From Escherichia phage BME3, in sequence record PP239276.1: DNA of 64,000 nt; one strand, written 5' to 3'. Every line of letters begins with the position of its first letter. The first letter of the stretch is position 1. The notes under the pieces were generated by a model. The model was not told where the DNA came from, searched no databases, and was given only the letters and a program-made list of their open reading frames with translations. Made by a program: the position numbers and the translations under genes. Positions 37,399 through 46,009 of the stretch are shown here, one piece after another.

Positions 37399-37953
37399 AT
37401 GATTCAAGCAACAAAAATCGAAGATTTGTTGATCATTCAACCTGACGTTTACGGAGATGAACGTGGCTTTTTCTTAGAAAGTTTTAATCAGGCTTTATAT
37501 GATCAATACATAGGTAAACAAAACTTTGTCCAGGATAACCACTCACGTTCTATTCGAGGAGTTCTACGTGGGCTTCATTTTCAAAAGAAAAACCCACAAG
37601 GGAAGTTAGTACGTTGTGTTCGTGGTGAAGTTTATGATGTTGCTGTAGATATTAGGGTTGGTAGTCCAACATTTGGAGAATGGGTAGGTGTTCTCTTATC
37701 TGAAAAGAATAAAACACAATTTTGGATTCCTCCTGGTTTCGCTCATGGCTTTGTTGTGATTAGCGACATTGCTGATTTTGAATATAAATGTACAGAATAT
37801 TACGATCCGACTTCAGAGTGTAGTCTTGCGTGGAATGATCCAGATATCAATATAGATTGGGGTTTTGATTTAATCTTTAATGATATTAATTTTAAACCTA
37901 TCTTGTCACAAAAAGATCAGCAAGCCAAAACACTAAAGGAGATCATATTTTGA
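37399..37953 (+). CDS. rfbC: dTDP-4-dehydrorhamnose 3,5-epimerase
   Basis: 184 aa; cupin RmlC motifs DERGFFLESFN, RGLHFQ, FWIPPGFAHGF. Confidence 0.85.
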   Translation: MIQATKIEDLLIIQPDVYGDERGFFLESFNQALYDQYIGKQNFVQDNHSRSIRGVLRGLHFQKKNPQGKLVRCVRGEVYDVAVDIRVGSPTFGEWVGVLLSEKNKTQFWIPPGFAHGFVVISDIADFEYKCTEYYDPTSECSLAWNDPDINIDWGFDLIFNDINFKPILSQKDQQAKTLKEIIF

Positions 37954-38780
37954 CAAAATTTTTAATCTTTGGTTCAAAAGGTCAATTAGGACAGTCTTTG
38001 GCAAAAGTTGCGCCCGAAGATGTTATTTTGATTGAAGCAAGTGATGTAGACATTACCAACTTTAAAGATGTTATGAATAGTCTTGTACAGCATGTACCTG
38101 ATGTTGTTGTGAATTGTGCGGCTTACACGGCAGTAGATAAAGCTGAAGAAGATGTTAACACCTGTATAAATGTTAATGCATACGGTGCAACAAACATTGC
38201 CAAAGCATGTAATGATTTACTGATACAGTTTGTACATATTTCAACAGACTATGTTTTTGATGGGCATGTCGCTGGCACAGAAGATAGTAAAACAAACCCC
38301 TTGAACACCTATGGTTACAGTAAACAATTAGGTGAAACTTTAGTACAAACAGTTTGTCCTACAGCACTTATTATCAGAACAGCTTCTGTTTATAGTGAGT
38401 TTGGACATAACTTTTTGAAAACTATGTTGGAACGCTACAACGGTGGTCAAAAAGAATTTAATGTAGTATGTGATCATTTATCATGTCCTACTTATGCACC
38501 TGATCTGGCAGAAACAATTTTTAAACTTGTAAAAGATGGTGTAAATAGTAAAATTGTACACTATGCAGGTGCAGATTATATTTCTTGGTATGATTTTGCA
38601 CGAAAGATATTTCTTGTTATAGATTTATCTGTTACAGTTAATCCTGTATCTGCTTCAACCTATAATTCTAAAGCAGTCAGACCAGCAACATCTTATTTAA
38701 AAACAGATCCTACTTTAAATCCGCGAAGTGTTGATAGCGGTATTGTAAGAACTTTAACTATACTTTTAAACAAGGAGTGA
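37950..38780 (+). CDS. rfbD: dTDP-4-dehydrorhamnose reductase
   Basis: 276 aa; N-terminal FGSKGQLGQ Rossmann motif, SDR-like YGYSK, operon position after rfbC (4-nt overlap). Confidence 0.75.
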   Translation: MTKFLIFGSKGQLGQSLAKVAPEDVILIEASDVDITNFKDVMNSLVQHVPDVVVNCAAYTAVDKAEEDVNTCINVNAYGATNIAKACNDLLIQFVHISTDYVFDGHVAGTEDSKTNPLNTYGYSKQLGETLVQTVCPTALIIRTASVYSEFGHNFLKTMLERYNGGQKEFNVVCDHLSCPTYAPDLAETIFKLVKDGVNSKIVHYAGADYISWYDFARKIFLVIDLSVTVNPVSASTYNSKAVRPATSYLKTDPTLNPRSVDSGIVRTLTILLNKE

Positions 38781-39043
38781 AAATGAATTTTATTATCTAC
38801 GGTAAACCAAATTGTCCTTTCTGCACTAACGCTAAAATTCTGCTAGAACAGCGTGAACAGGATTTTAAATACCTTACCTTAGATGAAGACTATTCTTTAG
38901 ATCAGATTCAGAATCTGGTTTTAGAGAAAACAGGTGTTCTGCCACGTACCTTTCCTCAAATTTTTGTGGAAGATGGTGAACATCTAACCCACGTAGGAGG
39001 TTTTTCTGAACTACGTGAATTCATGGCTCAGATTGCGGAGTAA
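38777..39043 (+). CDS. glutaredoxin
   Basis: 88 aa; thioredoxin-fold active site YGKPNCPFC near N-terminus; likely RNR reductant. Confidence 0.7.
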   Translation: MKMNFIIYGKPNCPFCTNAKILLEQREQDFKYLTLDEDYSLDQIQNLVLEKTGVLPRTFPQIFVEDGEHLTHVGGFSELREFMAQIAE

Positions 39044-39047
39044 CAAT

Positions 39048-39191
39048 ATGAAAGGTAAACAGAAACGTAAGATCTTTTCTCGTGCTTTGGCAACAGAGCT
39101 TAAGTCCCAAACTAAAAAGACGAAGCCTAAACGTGAAATGTCTCCTGAACACCTACTGTTTCAAGAGCTAGATCATGGGGAGGGCGACTAA
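39048..39191 (+). CDS. small basic protein (47 aa, below ORF-track cutoff)
   Basis: Hand-translated MKGKQKRKIFSRALATELKSQTKKTKPKREMSPEHLLFQELDHGEGD; coordinates approximate. Confidence 0.3.
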   Translation: MKGKQKRKIFSRALATELKSQTKKTKPKREMSPEHLLFQELDHGEGD

Positions 39192-39203
39192 TATAAGGAA
39201 AAC

Positions 39204-39704
39204 ATGGCTAAAGTAGTTGATGTGTTTGATATGTTACGTTTTGATGAAGGACTAAAGCTAACTGTATATACTGATACCGAAGGGTATTGGACGGTTGGTA
39301 TTGGACACCTTCTGACAAAACGCAAAGATAAAGCAGAAGCTATACGCATTCTTGATAACTTAGTAGGTAGAAAAACCAATGGGGTTATTACTGAAGCGGA
39401 AGCTAGAAAAATCTTTGAGAGTGACGTAAAGAAAGCGATACAACAGATCCATTCAAGCACCATATTATCTCCTATTTACGATAAAGTAAGTCCTAATCGT
39501 AAAATGGCTATTATCAATATGGTATTTCAAATGGGATTGAAAGGTGCAGAATCTTTCAAAAATAGCTTGACTTTAGTGAGTAATTCATATTATACTCAAG
39601 CCTCTATAAATTTACGTAAAAGTAAATGGTATCGCCAAACGCCTAATCGCGCAGAGCGTGTAATTCAGGTACTTAAAACTGGAACATTAGACGCTTATAA
39701 CTAA
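39204..39704 (+). CDS. T4-type lysozyme (GH24 endolysin)
   Basis: 166 aa; MLRFDEGLKLTVYTDTEGYWTVGIGHLLTK nearly identical in pattern to the T4 lysozyme N-terminus (catalytic E, D, T). Confidence 0.9.
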   Translation: MAKVVDVFDMLRFDEGLKLTVYTDTEGYWTVGIGHLLTKRKDKAEAIRILDNLVGRKTNGVITEAEARKIFESDVKKAIQQIHSSTILSPIYDKVSPNRKMAIINMVFQMGLKGAESFKNSLTLVSNSYYTQASINLRKSKWYRQTPNRAERVIQVLKTGTLDAYN

Positions 39705-39709
39705 ACAAA

Positions 39710-39728
39710 GGGGCGAAAGCCCCTTTTA
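39710..39728 (+). terminator. intrinsic terminator
   Basis: GGGGCGAAAGCCCC hairpin plus T-run after the lysozyme gene. Confidence 0.6.
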
Positions 39729-39742
39729 TAAGGAGTGCAAAC

Positions 39743-40495
39743 ATGGGAAATAAAACCGCAAAGGCTCGTCGTCAATCAGCAGCCAATGATGACAAACGTG
39801 CCAGTCGTTATGCGGCTAAAGCAGTAGGAAATGATGATTACCGTCTTGATGAATTTACCCCTGTTGGGAATCAAGAAGCTATTGTAAGAAGCATGGTTTG
39901 GAATGATTTAACCATTGTTAATGCCCCAGCAGGAACAGGAAAAACGACAACAGCACTGTGGAAAGCATTGCAAATGCTTAAAGCTGGTGATTTCAGAAAG
40001 TTGATTTTCCTTAAAAACCCGACAGAAGTAGGTGATGATCAAATTGGTTTCTTATCTGGAGATAAGACTGATAAACTGGCAGCACACTACGAATCAACTA
40101 AAAGAATTTTCCAACAGTTTATGACTGCAAATAAATTGGAAAACGATATTGCAAGTGGCAAAATTGAACTTAATATTCCAAACTATGCACTAGGTGCTAC
40201 CTGGGATAACAGTATTATTCTTATTGATGAAGTTCAACTTATGTCACCAAATACAGTAAAACTTCTTCTTGAGCGAGCAGGTCTTAATACACGTATTGTC
40301 ATTATGGGTGATGTTAATCAAACATATGCAATTAAACGAAGAGCTAACGGGTTAGGTGATTTGTTAGATCGTGTTGTTCCTATTAATGAAGAAGGAGAAA
40401 GGGAAGCTATTGTAGATTTTATTGGTTATGTTGAAATGACAACTGCTGATAACCAACGTTCCCGTTTGTCTCAGTTCATCACGGAAGTATACTAA
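39743..40495 (+). CDS. phoH: PhoH-like ATPase
   Basis: 250 aa; Walker A NAPAGTGKTTTA, Walker B ILIDEVQ, PhoH-typical length. Confidence 0.85.
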   Translation: MGNKTAKARRQSAANDDKRASRYAAKAVGNDDYRLDEFTPVGNQEAIVRSMVWNDLTIVNAPAGTGKTTTALWKALQMLKAGDFRKLIFLKNPTEVGDDQIGFLSGDKTDKLAAHYESTKRIFQQFMTANKLENDIASGKIELNIPNYALGATWDNSIILIDEVQLMSPNTVKLLLERAGLNTRIVIMGDVNQTYAIKRRANGLGDLLDRVVPINEEGEREAIVDFIGYVEMTTADNQRSRLSQFITEVY

Positions 40496-40531
40496 TAATT
40501 ACAAGGCAAGGATGCCTGTTATGGAGGTTAA

Positions 40532-41026
40532 ATGACGCTAATTGAGATTGATCGCAATGGTATTGATGAATGCTATCAAGCTGGCTTAGTTAAGCCGAAT
40601 GAGTTTAGACAGATTTATATTGACAAGATTGAAAAAGAAATATCTCTTCGTTTAGAGAACATGACAACTTTGCAAAAAGTTCAGATGTTTTTTAGTTGGT
40701 TAAAAGGCGAGGATTGGCTAACTAAATATTACCAGGAATTATCTGATAGTCAAGAAGGCTTGTTTGAGTGTATAATAAATATAGCTGGGTCTAATTCAGA
40801 ATTACTCCTGATTGATGAAGAAGATTCTAAACTTCTTTTTCTTAGCAGTATCTTTCACAAGAAATCTATGTTAGTAAGAAATTGCAGTGATTTACTAAAT
40901 CATCCACTAACAAGAACTAATAAAATTCTTGTGGATAAAGAAACACTAAGAGCTATTGATTACCTCCGTAAATATGTAAGCGGTGGTAAAGCAGTCCTTA
41001 AAACACTACAGGAGGAAGTACAATGA
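40532..41026 (+). CDS. hypothetical protein
   Basis: 164-aa ORF. Confidence 0.5.
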   Translation: MTLIEIDRNGIDECYQAGLVKPNEFRQIYIDKIEKEISLRLENMTTLQKVQMFFSWLKGEDWLTKYYQELSDSQEGLFECIINIAGSNSELLLIDEEDSKLLFLSSIFHKKSMLVRNCSDLLNHPLTRTNKILVDKETLRAIDYLRKYVSGGKAVLKTLQEEVQ

Positions 41027-41676
41027 CAACAATTATTGCAACACGTAACAAAATTCTGTCTGACGGTAAAGTAACAGTAGGTAGTCGTGTAGACACTTTA
41101 AATTTCAAGAAAGTGCGTAAAATTGGGGATTACCTTGTTGGTGGTGCAGGACGTCTGTCTTCTATCCTGACTTTCTTTTCTTGGTTCGAACAAAACTTAC
41201 AATGCCAAGCAGCACAAGAGACAATCCCAGGTTTGGTGATCCAGTCAGATCCTGACAAAGAAGATGAAGAGTTTGTGGCATTGGTTGTTCACCCAGACGG
41301 TAAAATTTATATGCACGAGGGTAATAATCCCACGCGAGCATATCCTTTAACTGAAGATTATTATGCTGTTGGTAGTGGGGCAGATTTTGCTTTAGCAGCT
41401 TTAGACGCTGGGGCATCCCCAGAAGAAGCGATGGAAGTTGCAAAACTGCGAGATGCTTTTTCAGGCGGTGAAACTTTTATCGAAGAGATCGAAGAACAAC
41501 TGGAGTTAACAGCGGAAGATATTCTGAACTTTAGCAAGGAGCAACTAATTAGTATGCTGTTGACTGGTGATCCTGATAGTGATGAAGCTGAAAGTATTTT
41601 AGCAGAAATGAAAGAATCACAAGAAAAAGTATTGACAGTCTCTGAAAAACTTGATAAAGTGTCCTCTGATAATTAA
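41023..41676 (+). CDS. HslV / 20S-proteasome-beta-like Ntn-hydrolase (putative threonine peptidase)
   Basis: 217 aa; Thr immediately after Met (MTTIIATRN), KVRKIGDYLVGGAG, AVGSGADFALAALDAG resemble HslV; acidic C-terminal extension. Confidence 0.6.
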   Translation: MTTIIATRNKILSDGKVTVGSRVDTLNFKKVRKIGDYLVGGAGRLSSILTFFSWFEQNLQCQAAQETIPGLVIQSDPDKEDEEFVALVVHPDGKIYMHEGNNPTRAYPLTEDYYAVGSGADFALAALDAGASPEEAMEVAKLRDAFSGGETFIEEIEEQLELTAEDILNFSKEQLISMLLTGDPDSDEAESILAEMKESQEKVLTVSEKLDKVSSDN

Positions 41677-41686
41677 TCTAGTATAA

Positions 41687-41704
41687 ACCCCCAGCAAGGG
41701 GGTT
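41687..41704 (+). terminator. intrinsic terminator
   Basis: CCCCCAGCAAGGGGG hairpin followed by TTATT. Confidence 0.55.
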
Positions 41705-41717
41705 ATTAGGAGGAGAT

Positions 41718-42146
41718 ATGTTACCAGTACCTGTAACCTTTGTAGAAAAAGCCTACTACTCTTTAGAACAAAACTGTAAAAGAGCTAAAAATTTTATTGA
41801 AAGTTTAGCAGAACAGCGTTACACTGTATCTAAAAAGGGATGGTTCAGAACTTCACAATATTCAGTCAACCCTTTCGGAGAAGTTCGTGTGCTGTATGGC
41901 AACACAGAAAATATCTTAGAAAGAATGTTAGAACTAGATAGGATCTCCTCCTGTGATTATCAACTGTTGAAATTTTACGATTTGTCAGAAAACTTTAAAA
42001 ACTTTCTTGACGATTTATGTAAACGAAAAACAGAAGAAGATACAATACCAGTATCTATGGAAGAATTAACGTTCTTAAGAGATATTATGGTTTTTGAAGA
42101 AGACCCTGAAATCACAAAAGAGGAGATTTTAAGTAGTGGCAAATAA
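41718..42146 (+). CDS. hypothetical protein
   Basis: 142-aa ORF with AGGAGG RBS. Confidence 0.5.
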   Translation: MLPVPVTFVEKAYYSLEQNCKRAKNFIESLAEQRYTVSKKGWFRTSQYSVNPFGEVRVLYGNTENILERMLELDRISSCDYQLLKFYDLSENFKNFLDDLCKRKTEEDTIPVSMEELTFLRDIMVFEEDPEITKEEILSSGK

Positions 42147-42645
42147 GTATGATCGTCCACCAACTGATTACTATCCTACTCCACAAAAATGTATAAATGC
42201 ATTATTTAGTGTAATAGATTTTAATAACCTTAAAGAAGAAGGTTTTATTTTTGCAGAACCGTGTAAAGGCGCTGCTGCTGCAATTTATCAACATTTTCCA
42301 GAAGGATCAGAATATTGTGAGTTAGAAGAAGGGAAAGATTATTTTAACCATGAATGGCATACTAAGCCGGATATTATAATCACAAATCCCCCATTCAAAC
42401 TTGCACTTGAGTTCTTGCAAAAGAGCTTAAAAGAAGCAGACGTTTGCATATACTTGTTGCGTCTTGGGTTCCTAGAGTCTATTAAACGAAGGGAATTCCA
42501 TAAACAGAATCCACCAACAAATTTGATTGTTCTTTCTGAACGCCCATCTTTTGTTGCAGGTGGTACTGATAAGACAGCATATGCTTGGTACGTCTACGAC
42601 CCAAAAAACAGGCTGGGTTTAACTCAACCTTTCTATTTTGTTTAA
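42136..42645 (+). CDS. DNA N6-adenine methyltransferase (putative)
   Basis: 169 aa; catalytic IITNPPF (motif IV, NPPF/DPPY type) and upstream FAEPCKGAAAA SAM-binding-like segment. Confidence 0.6.
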   Translation: MANKYDRPPTDYYPTPQKCINALFSVIDFNNLKEEGFIFAEPCKGAAAAIYQHFPEGSEYCELEEGKDYFNHEWHTKPDIIITNPPFKLALEFLQKSLKEADVCIYLLRLGFLESIKRREFHKQNPPTNLIVLSERPSFVAGGTDKTAYAWYVYDPKNRLGLTQPFYFV

Positions 42646-42889
42646 GAGGAGCATTTTTATGACCGAGAAATTTATTGTTACTATGGAACTCACCTTTGAT
42701 GAAGAAGATTTTGATCTTCATGTATCAACTAAAGCAGATAACATTCACACAACACAGAGTGTTGCAATCGCTATGTTCTTTAAACAAGCAATTGCAAAAC
42801 AAGCTGAAGTATGTGCTGGTTTAGCTGTAGAGTATGCAGAAGTTGTCAAGGTTCTTGAAAGTGCTCGTAACGGCGATTGGGATGAATAA
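42638..42889 (+). CDS. hypothetical protein
   Basis: Probable start at MTEKFIV with GAGGAG RBS. Confidence 0.45.
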   Translation: MFKRSIFMTEKFIVTMELTFDEEDFDLHVSTKADNIHTTQSVAIAMFFKQAIAKQAEVCAGLAVEYAEVVKVLESARNGDWDE

Positions 42890-43092
42890 TGGCATACAAT
42901 TACTATCTGGTATATTTTAACGAAACTAAGAAAAAAGACACAGGAACTAATGTTTATGCGGAATCCGAAGAACACGCAAAAGCTATTGGTTCAGTGCTTC
43001 TTTCTAGAATAGCAGGTGAAGAAATTCCTGTAGAGGCTATCTTTGCAGAAGTTGATCCTGATATTCAAGAAGATGATATTACCACTACTTAA
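42889..43092 (+). CDS. hypothetical protein
   Basis: 67-aa ORF. Confidence 0.4.
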   Translation: MAYNYYLVYFNETKKKDTGTNVYAESEEHAKAIGSVLLSRIAGEEIPVEAIFAEVDPDIQEDDITTT

Positions 43093-43095
43093 CTG

Positions 43096-43141
43096 TTGAC
43101 TTTAACGTTAAGGTAGTGCATACTTCCTGTAACAGAACAGG
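43096..43141 (+). promoter_or_regulatory. sigma70-like promoter (TTGACT-N17-CATACT) with downstream hairpin
   Basis: -35 TTGACT, 17-nt spacer, -10 CATACT; then CCTGT-AACAGA-ACAGG hairpin and AGGAGG RBS before the recombinase gene. Confidence 0.5.
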
Positions 43142-43149
43142 AGGGTATT

Positions 43150-43812
43150 ATGAAGTTTGTACTGTATCATCGACTTTCTAAGAAGAAACAACAAGGCAAC
43201 CAGTATGGTATAGAATCACAGGAAGCAGATATCCAACGCTTCCTGGATTCACAAGAAAATTATACTATTGTAGGTAGCTTTGCAGAGTTTTATTCTGGTA
43301 AAGGCGATTGGAAGCAACGTAGAGAGCTTGTAAAAGCTGTTAATCTTTGCAAAGAAACAGGTGCTACACTTGTTGTTGCTAAGGTTGACCGTCTTGGACG
43401 TAACACAGCTTCTGTTGCAACCTTGTTAGAGATGATTAATGTACGAATAGCAACTATGCCCTCCGCTGAAAATATGATAATAAATATTTTAGCAGTTCTG
43501 GCAGAAGAAGAGGCTCGTGCAATATCTGATCGTGTTAAGAAGAGCCTTAAAGTAGCAAAAGCGAAGGGAACGCTTCTTGGTGCAGCAAACCCTAAATACA
43601 AAAGAACAGATTATACGAAAACGGAAGAAGCAAAACGCTCAAAAGAGTTTGCGCTTTCTTTAAAAGATTCTTTAGTTGCATACAGAGCTTGTAAAACGCC
43701 ATATATGACGATTGCAAAACATCTGAATGAATCAGGAAAGAGAACTATTCGTGGGAGTTTGTTCGATGCCAAAGCGGTACAACGTCTTTGTGCAAAATTG
43801 AATATTAAATAA
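43150..43812 (+). CDS. serine recombinase (resolvase/invertase family)
   Basis: 220 aa; catalytic-domain motifs LYHRLSKKKQQ (Ser nucleophile), VVAKVDRLGRN; C-terminal HTH-like segment. Confidence 0.7.
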   Translation: MKFVLYHRLSKKKQQGNQYGIESQEADIQRFLDSQENYTIVGSFAEFYSGKGDWKQRRELVKAVNLCKETGATLVVAKVDRLGRNTASVATLLEMINVRIATMPSAENMIINILAVLAEEEARAISDRVKKSLKVAKAKGTLLGAANPKYKRTDYTKTEEAKRSKEFALSLKDSLVAYRACKTPYMTIAKHLNESGKRTIRGSLFDAKAVQRLCAKLNIK

Positions 43813-43821
43813 GGAGGAAAC

Positions 43822-44025
43822 ATGGCAGTTCAATCTTTTGAGGAGACTGTTAAAAAACAATTCCTATCGAAGCGAGCGATGGTTGAATTTTTGCATTTTC
43901 TCGAAGTAGATAGGGTACTTATTGAGACTACACCAGATGGTAACTGGCAAGTCTCGTATATTGCCACCAGGCATATCGTAGACAGTACGAAAGAAGAAAG
44001 TTCGGAAGTTACGGTTGCTAGTTAA
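43822..44025 (+). CDS. hypothetical protein
   Basis: 67-aa ORF with AAGGAGG RBS. Confidence 0.4.
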   Translation: MAVQSFEETVKKQFLSKRAMVEFLHFLEVDRVLIETTPDGNWQVSYIATRHIVDSTKEESSEVTVAS

Positions 44026-44036
44026 AGGAGTTAAAT

Positions 44037-44609
44037 ATGCGTTTAGCTTTTAACGGGAAGATAAGCACAGCAAACATATTGTCAGCAGTAGGATTATTAG
44101 GTAAAAAATTCACACCTTTCAGTTTACCAGTTTGTGTAGATTTTGATCATGTGTTTGATATTAATAATCCTTCACGTTGTATTGCCAGAAGTAATATTGA
44201 TAATCCAAGCGAAAATCTGTTTTATATTACTAAACCATCCCAAGCAATTTTGAATCAATGGGAAGCAGGTCTGATTAAACCAGGTAAATATTTTGCATTA
44301 CTACCTTGTAAATCATTGGCTATAGAGGACAGTCTAAACTATGCAAACAATCTTGTTGTTACAGCATTCATTGTCTCAGAAAAAGAAGAAACTGCGGTAC
44401 TTGCAAACACTGTTAAATCTTTGTATGATGCTTTGGGTGTTACTTACACTACCTTCGTTTGTGAAGATATTCCACATTGCGTTGAATTCGTGGTGAATGG
44501 TGTAACTGTATGTCGTGTAGAAACAACTCAAGACGAAGACGTTTTTATTACTGTAGCCGATGTAATATCTGAACCTGTGTTTAGCTACGCAGTTTCATTA
44601 ACACATTAA
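44037..44609 (+). CDS. hypothetical protein
   Basis: 190-aa ORF. Confidence 0.5.
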   Translation: MRLAFNGKISTANILSAVGLLGKKFTPFSLPVCVDFDHVFDINNPSRCIARSNIDNPSENLFYITKPSQAILNQWEAGLIKPGKYFALLPCKSLAIEDSLNYANNLVVTAFIVSEKEETAVLANTVKSLYDALGVTYTTFVCEDIPHCVEFVVNGVTVCRVETTQDEDVFITVADVISEPVFSYAVSLTH

Positions 44610-44619
44610 GGAGAAGGGG

Positions 44620-44946
44620 ATGAAAATAACGACAGAACAGGCTTTAATAGACAAAGGAAGGGAAATCTTAGAAAGTCATTTGGAGGATATTCAAAGGACT
44701 CCAGGGTATCTCGGCTGGCGTATACAAGAAGCCGTCGATTTTCTACCCCGTAAAAATAAAGAGATTGAAGTGAGATCTCTATTCCTCCTTGTTAAAGTAG
44801 ATGGTGACGCTATATACAAAGACGTAGCGTCTCACATTGAACAAATAGAAGAAAAAGCCTACAAAGAATTTGCAGATCTTGTTGTAGAACATAATATAGA
44901 AGGTAAAGTTAATATCTTTATACTTATGGATTTTGAGGAGAGTTGA
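44620..44946 (+). CDS. hypothetical protein
   Basis: 108-aa ORF. Confidence 0.45.
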   Translation: MKITTEQALIDKGREILESHLEDIQRTPGYLGWRIQEAVDFLPRKNKEIEVRSLFLLVKVDGDAIYKDVASHIEQIEEKAYKEFADLVVEHNIEGKVNIFILMDFEES

Positions 44947-45689
44947 TGCTAGTATATCAAGAAATTAGTGTAAAAGATGATCAAGACCTGTTTATTATTG
45001 GTGATTTACATGGTTGCTTTGATTTGTACCAGAAAGGTGTTAATACTTTAGGTATCCGAGATCAAGATGTTGTTGTATCTTTAGGCGATCTTACAGATCG
45101 CGGCAAGCAGAATTTTCGTTGTGTTGTTGAATTCACCAGAAAGCTAAATCGTTATGGTATTCGTGGAAATCATGAAGATATGATGATTAAAGGGTTGCTA
45201 GAAGGTGATAGACGATATTACGAATGTTGGTTTCAGAACGGAGGCCATACAGTTCTAGACGAGTGTGGAGAAGAGGGTGCAACTGCTCTTGCTTTGATGC
45301 TAGAAGATTTACCTGTTGTACTTGTTGTCAATTATCGTAATATGAAACTAGGCTTTATTCACGGGGGATATCCTTCAGTTTTGGAACATTTACCAGTGAC
45401 GGAAGTTTTGCCATTTTGTTCGAATATGAATAAAGAGCAAGTTTCTCGATTCACAGAATCTTTAATGTGGGATCGTGATATGATAGACTGCGCACTTGAA
45501 GGGATTCTTCTTCCTAGGGTTTCAGGAGTAGATTATGTATTTCACGGGCATTCTTATGTTCCTAAACCTGTAATTAGCAGTAATAGGGTATATATGGATA
45601 CAGGATCTTGCTTCAATGGTAATTTAACCTTTGCATATTTTGATGATTCAAATACGTTACAATTTTATTCTACTTTAGAGGAGGACTAA
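44943..45689 (+). CDS. PPP-family Ser/Thr protein phosphatase (lambda-phosphatase-like)
   Basis: 248 aa; GDLHGCFD, GDLTDRG, RGNHE, HGGY, FHGHS metallophosphatase motifs in canonical order. Confidence 0.8.
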   Translation: MMLVYQEISVKDDQDLFIIGDLHGCFDLYQKGVNTLGIRDQDVVVSLGDLTDRGKQNFRCVVEFTRKLNRYGIRGNHEDMMIKGLLEGDRRYYECWFQNGGHTVLDECGEEGATALALMLEDLPVVLVVNYRNMKLGFIHGGYPSVLEHLPVTEVLPFCSNMNKEQVSRFTESLMWDRDMIDCALEGILLPRVSGVDYVFHGHSYVPKPVISSNRVYMDTGSCFNGNLTFAYFDDSNTLQFYSTLEED

Positions 45690-46009
45690 TGTATAAAATC
45701 ACAATTAAAGAGACAGTAGGAAAACTTACGAAAGAAACTACTATTGAGACGGAAGATGTTGAGTTAGTTAAAGAGCTTTTATTTCCAAAACCAGAAATAA
45801 AAGATAATGATGAACAGTTGGATGAAGATAATGAGACAGCAGGTGATAAATGGAGGAAACAACTAGATGAGATTTGGAAAAAGCCTCAAGTAACGCCTCC
45901 ATTTGATCCTCGTAGACCTTATAATCCTTGGGAAATTGGAAGCCCTTGGTTTACGTACCCTATTACTCCAATTGTTAATCCAATTGTTACTCCCAATATT
46001 ACTTGTTAA
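45689..46009 (+). CDS. hypothetical protein
   Basis: 106-aa ORF; Pro-rich C-terminus. Confidence 0.4.
   Translation: MYKITIKETVGKLTKETTIETEDVELVKELLFPKPEIKDNDEQLDEDNETAGDKWRKQLDEIWKKPQVTPPFDPRRPYNPWEIGSPWFTYPITPIVNPIVTPNITC

Noticed and set aside
43150-43812. Serine recombinase as evidence of a temperate phage / prophage integration module
   Set aside because: It is a small resolvase/invertase-type enzyme, not a large serine or tyrosine integrase; no repressor/antirepressor module or att-like site is evident, and the gene content (tRNA cluster, nucleotide metabolism, homing endonucleases) is that of a virulent phage.
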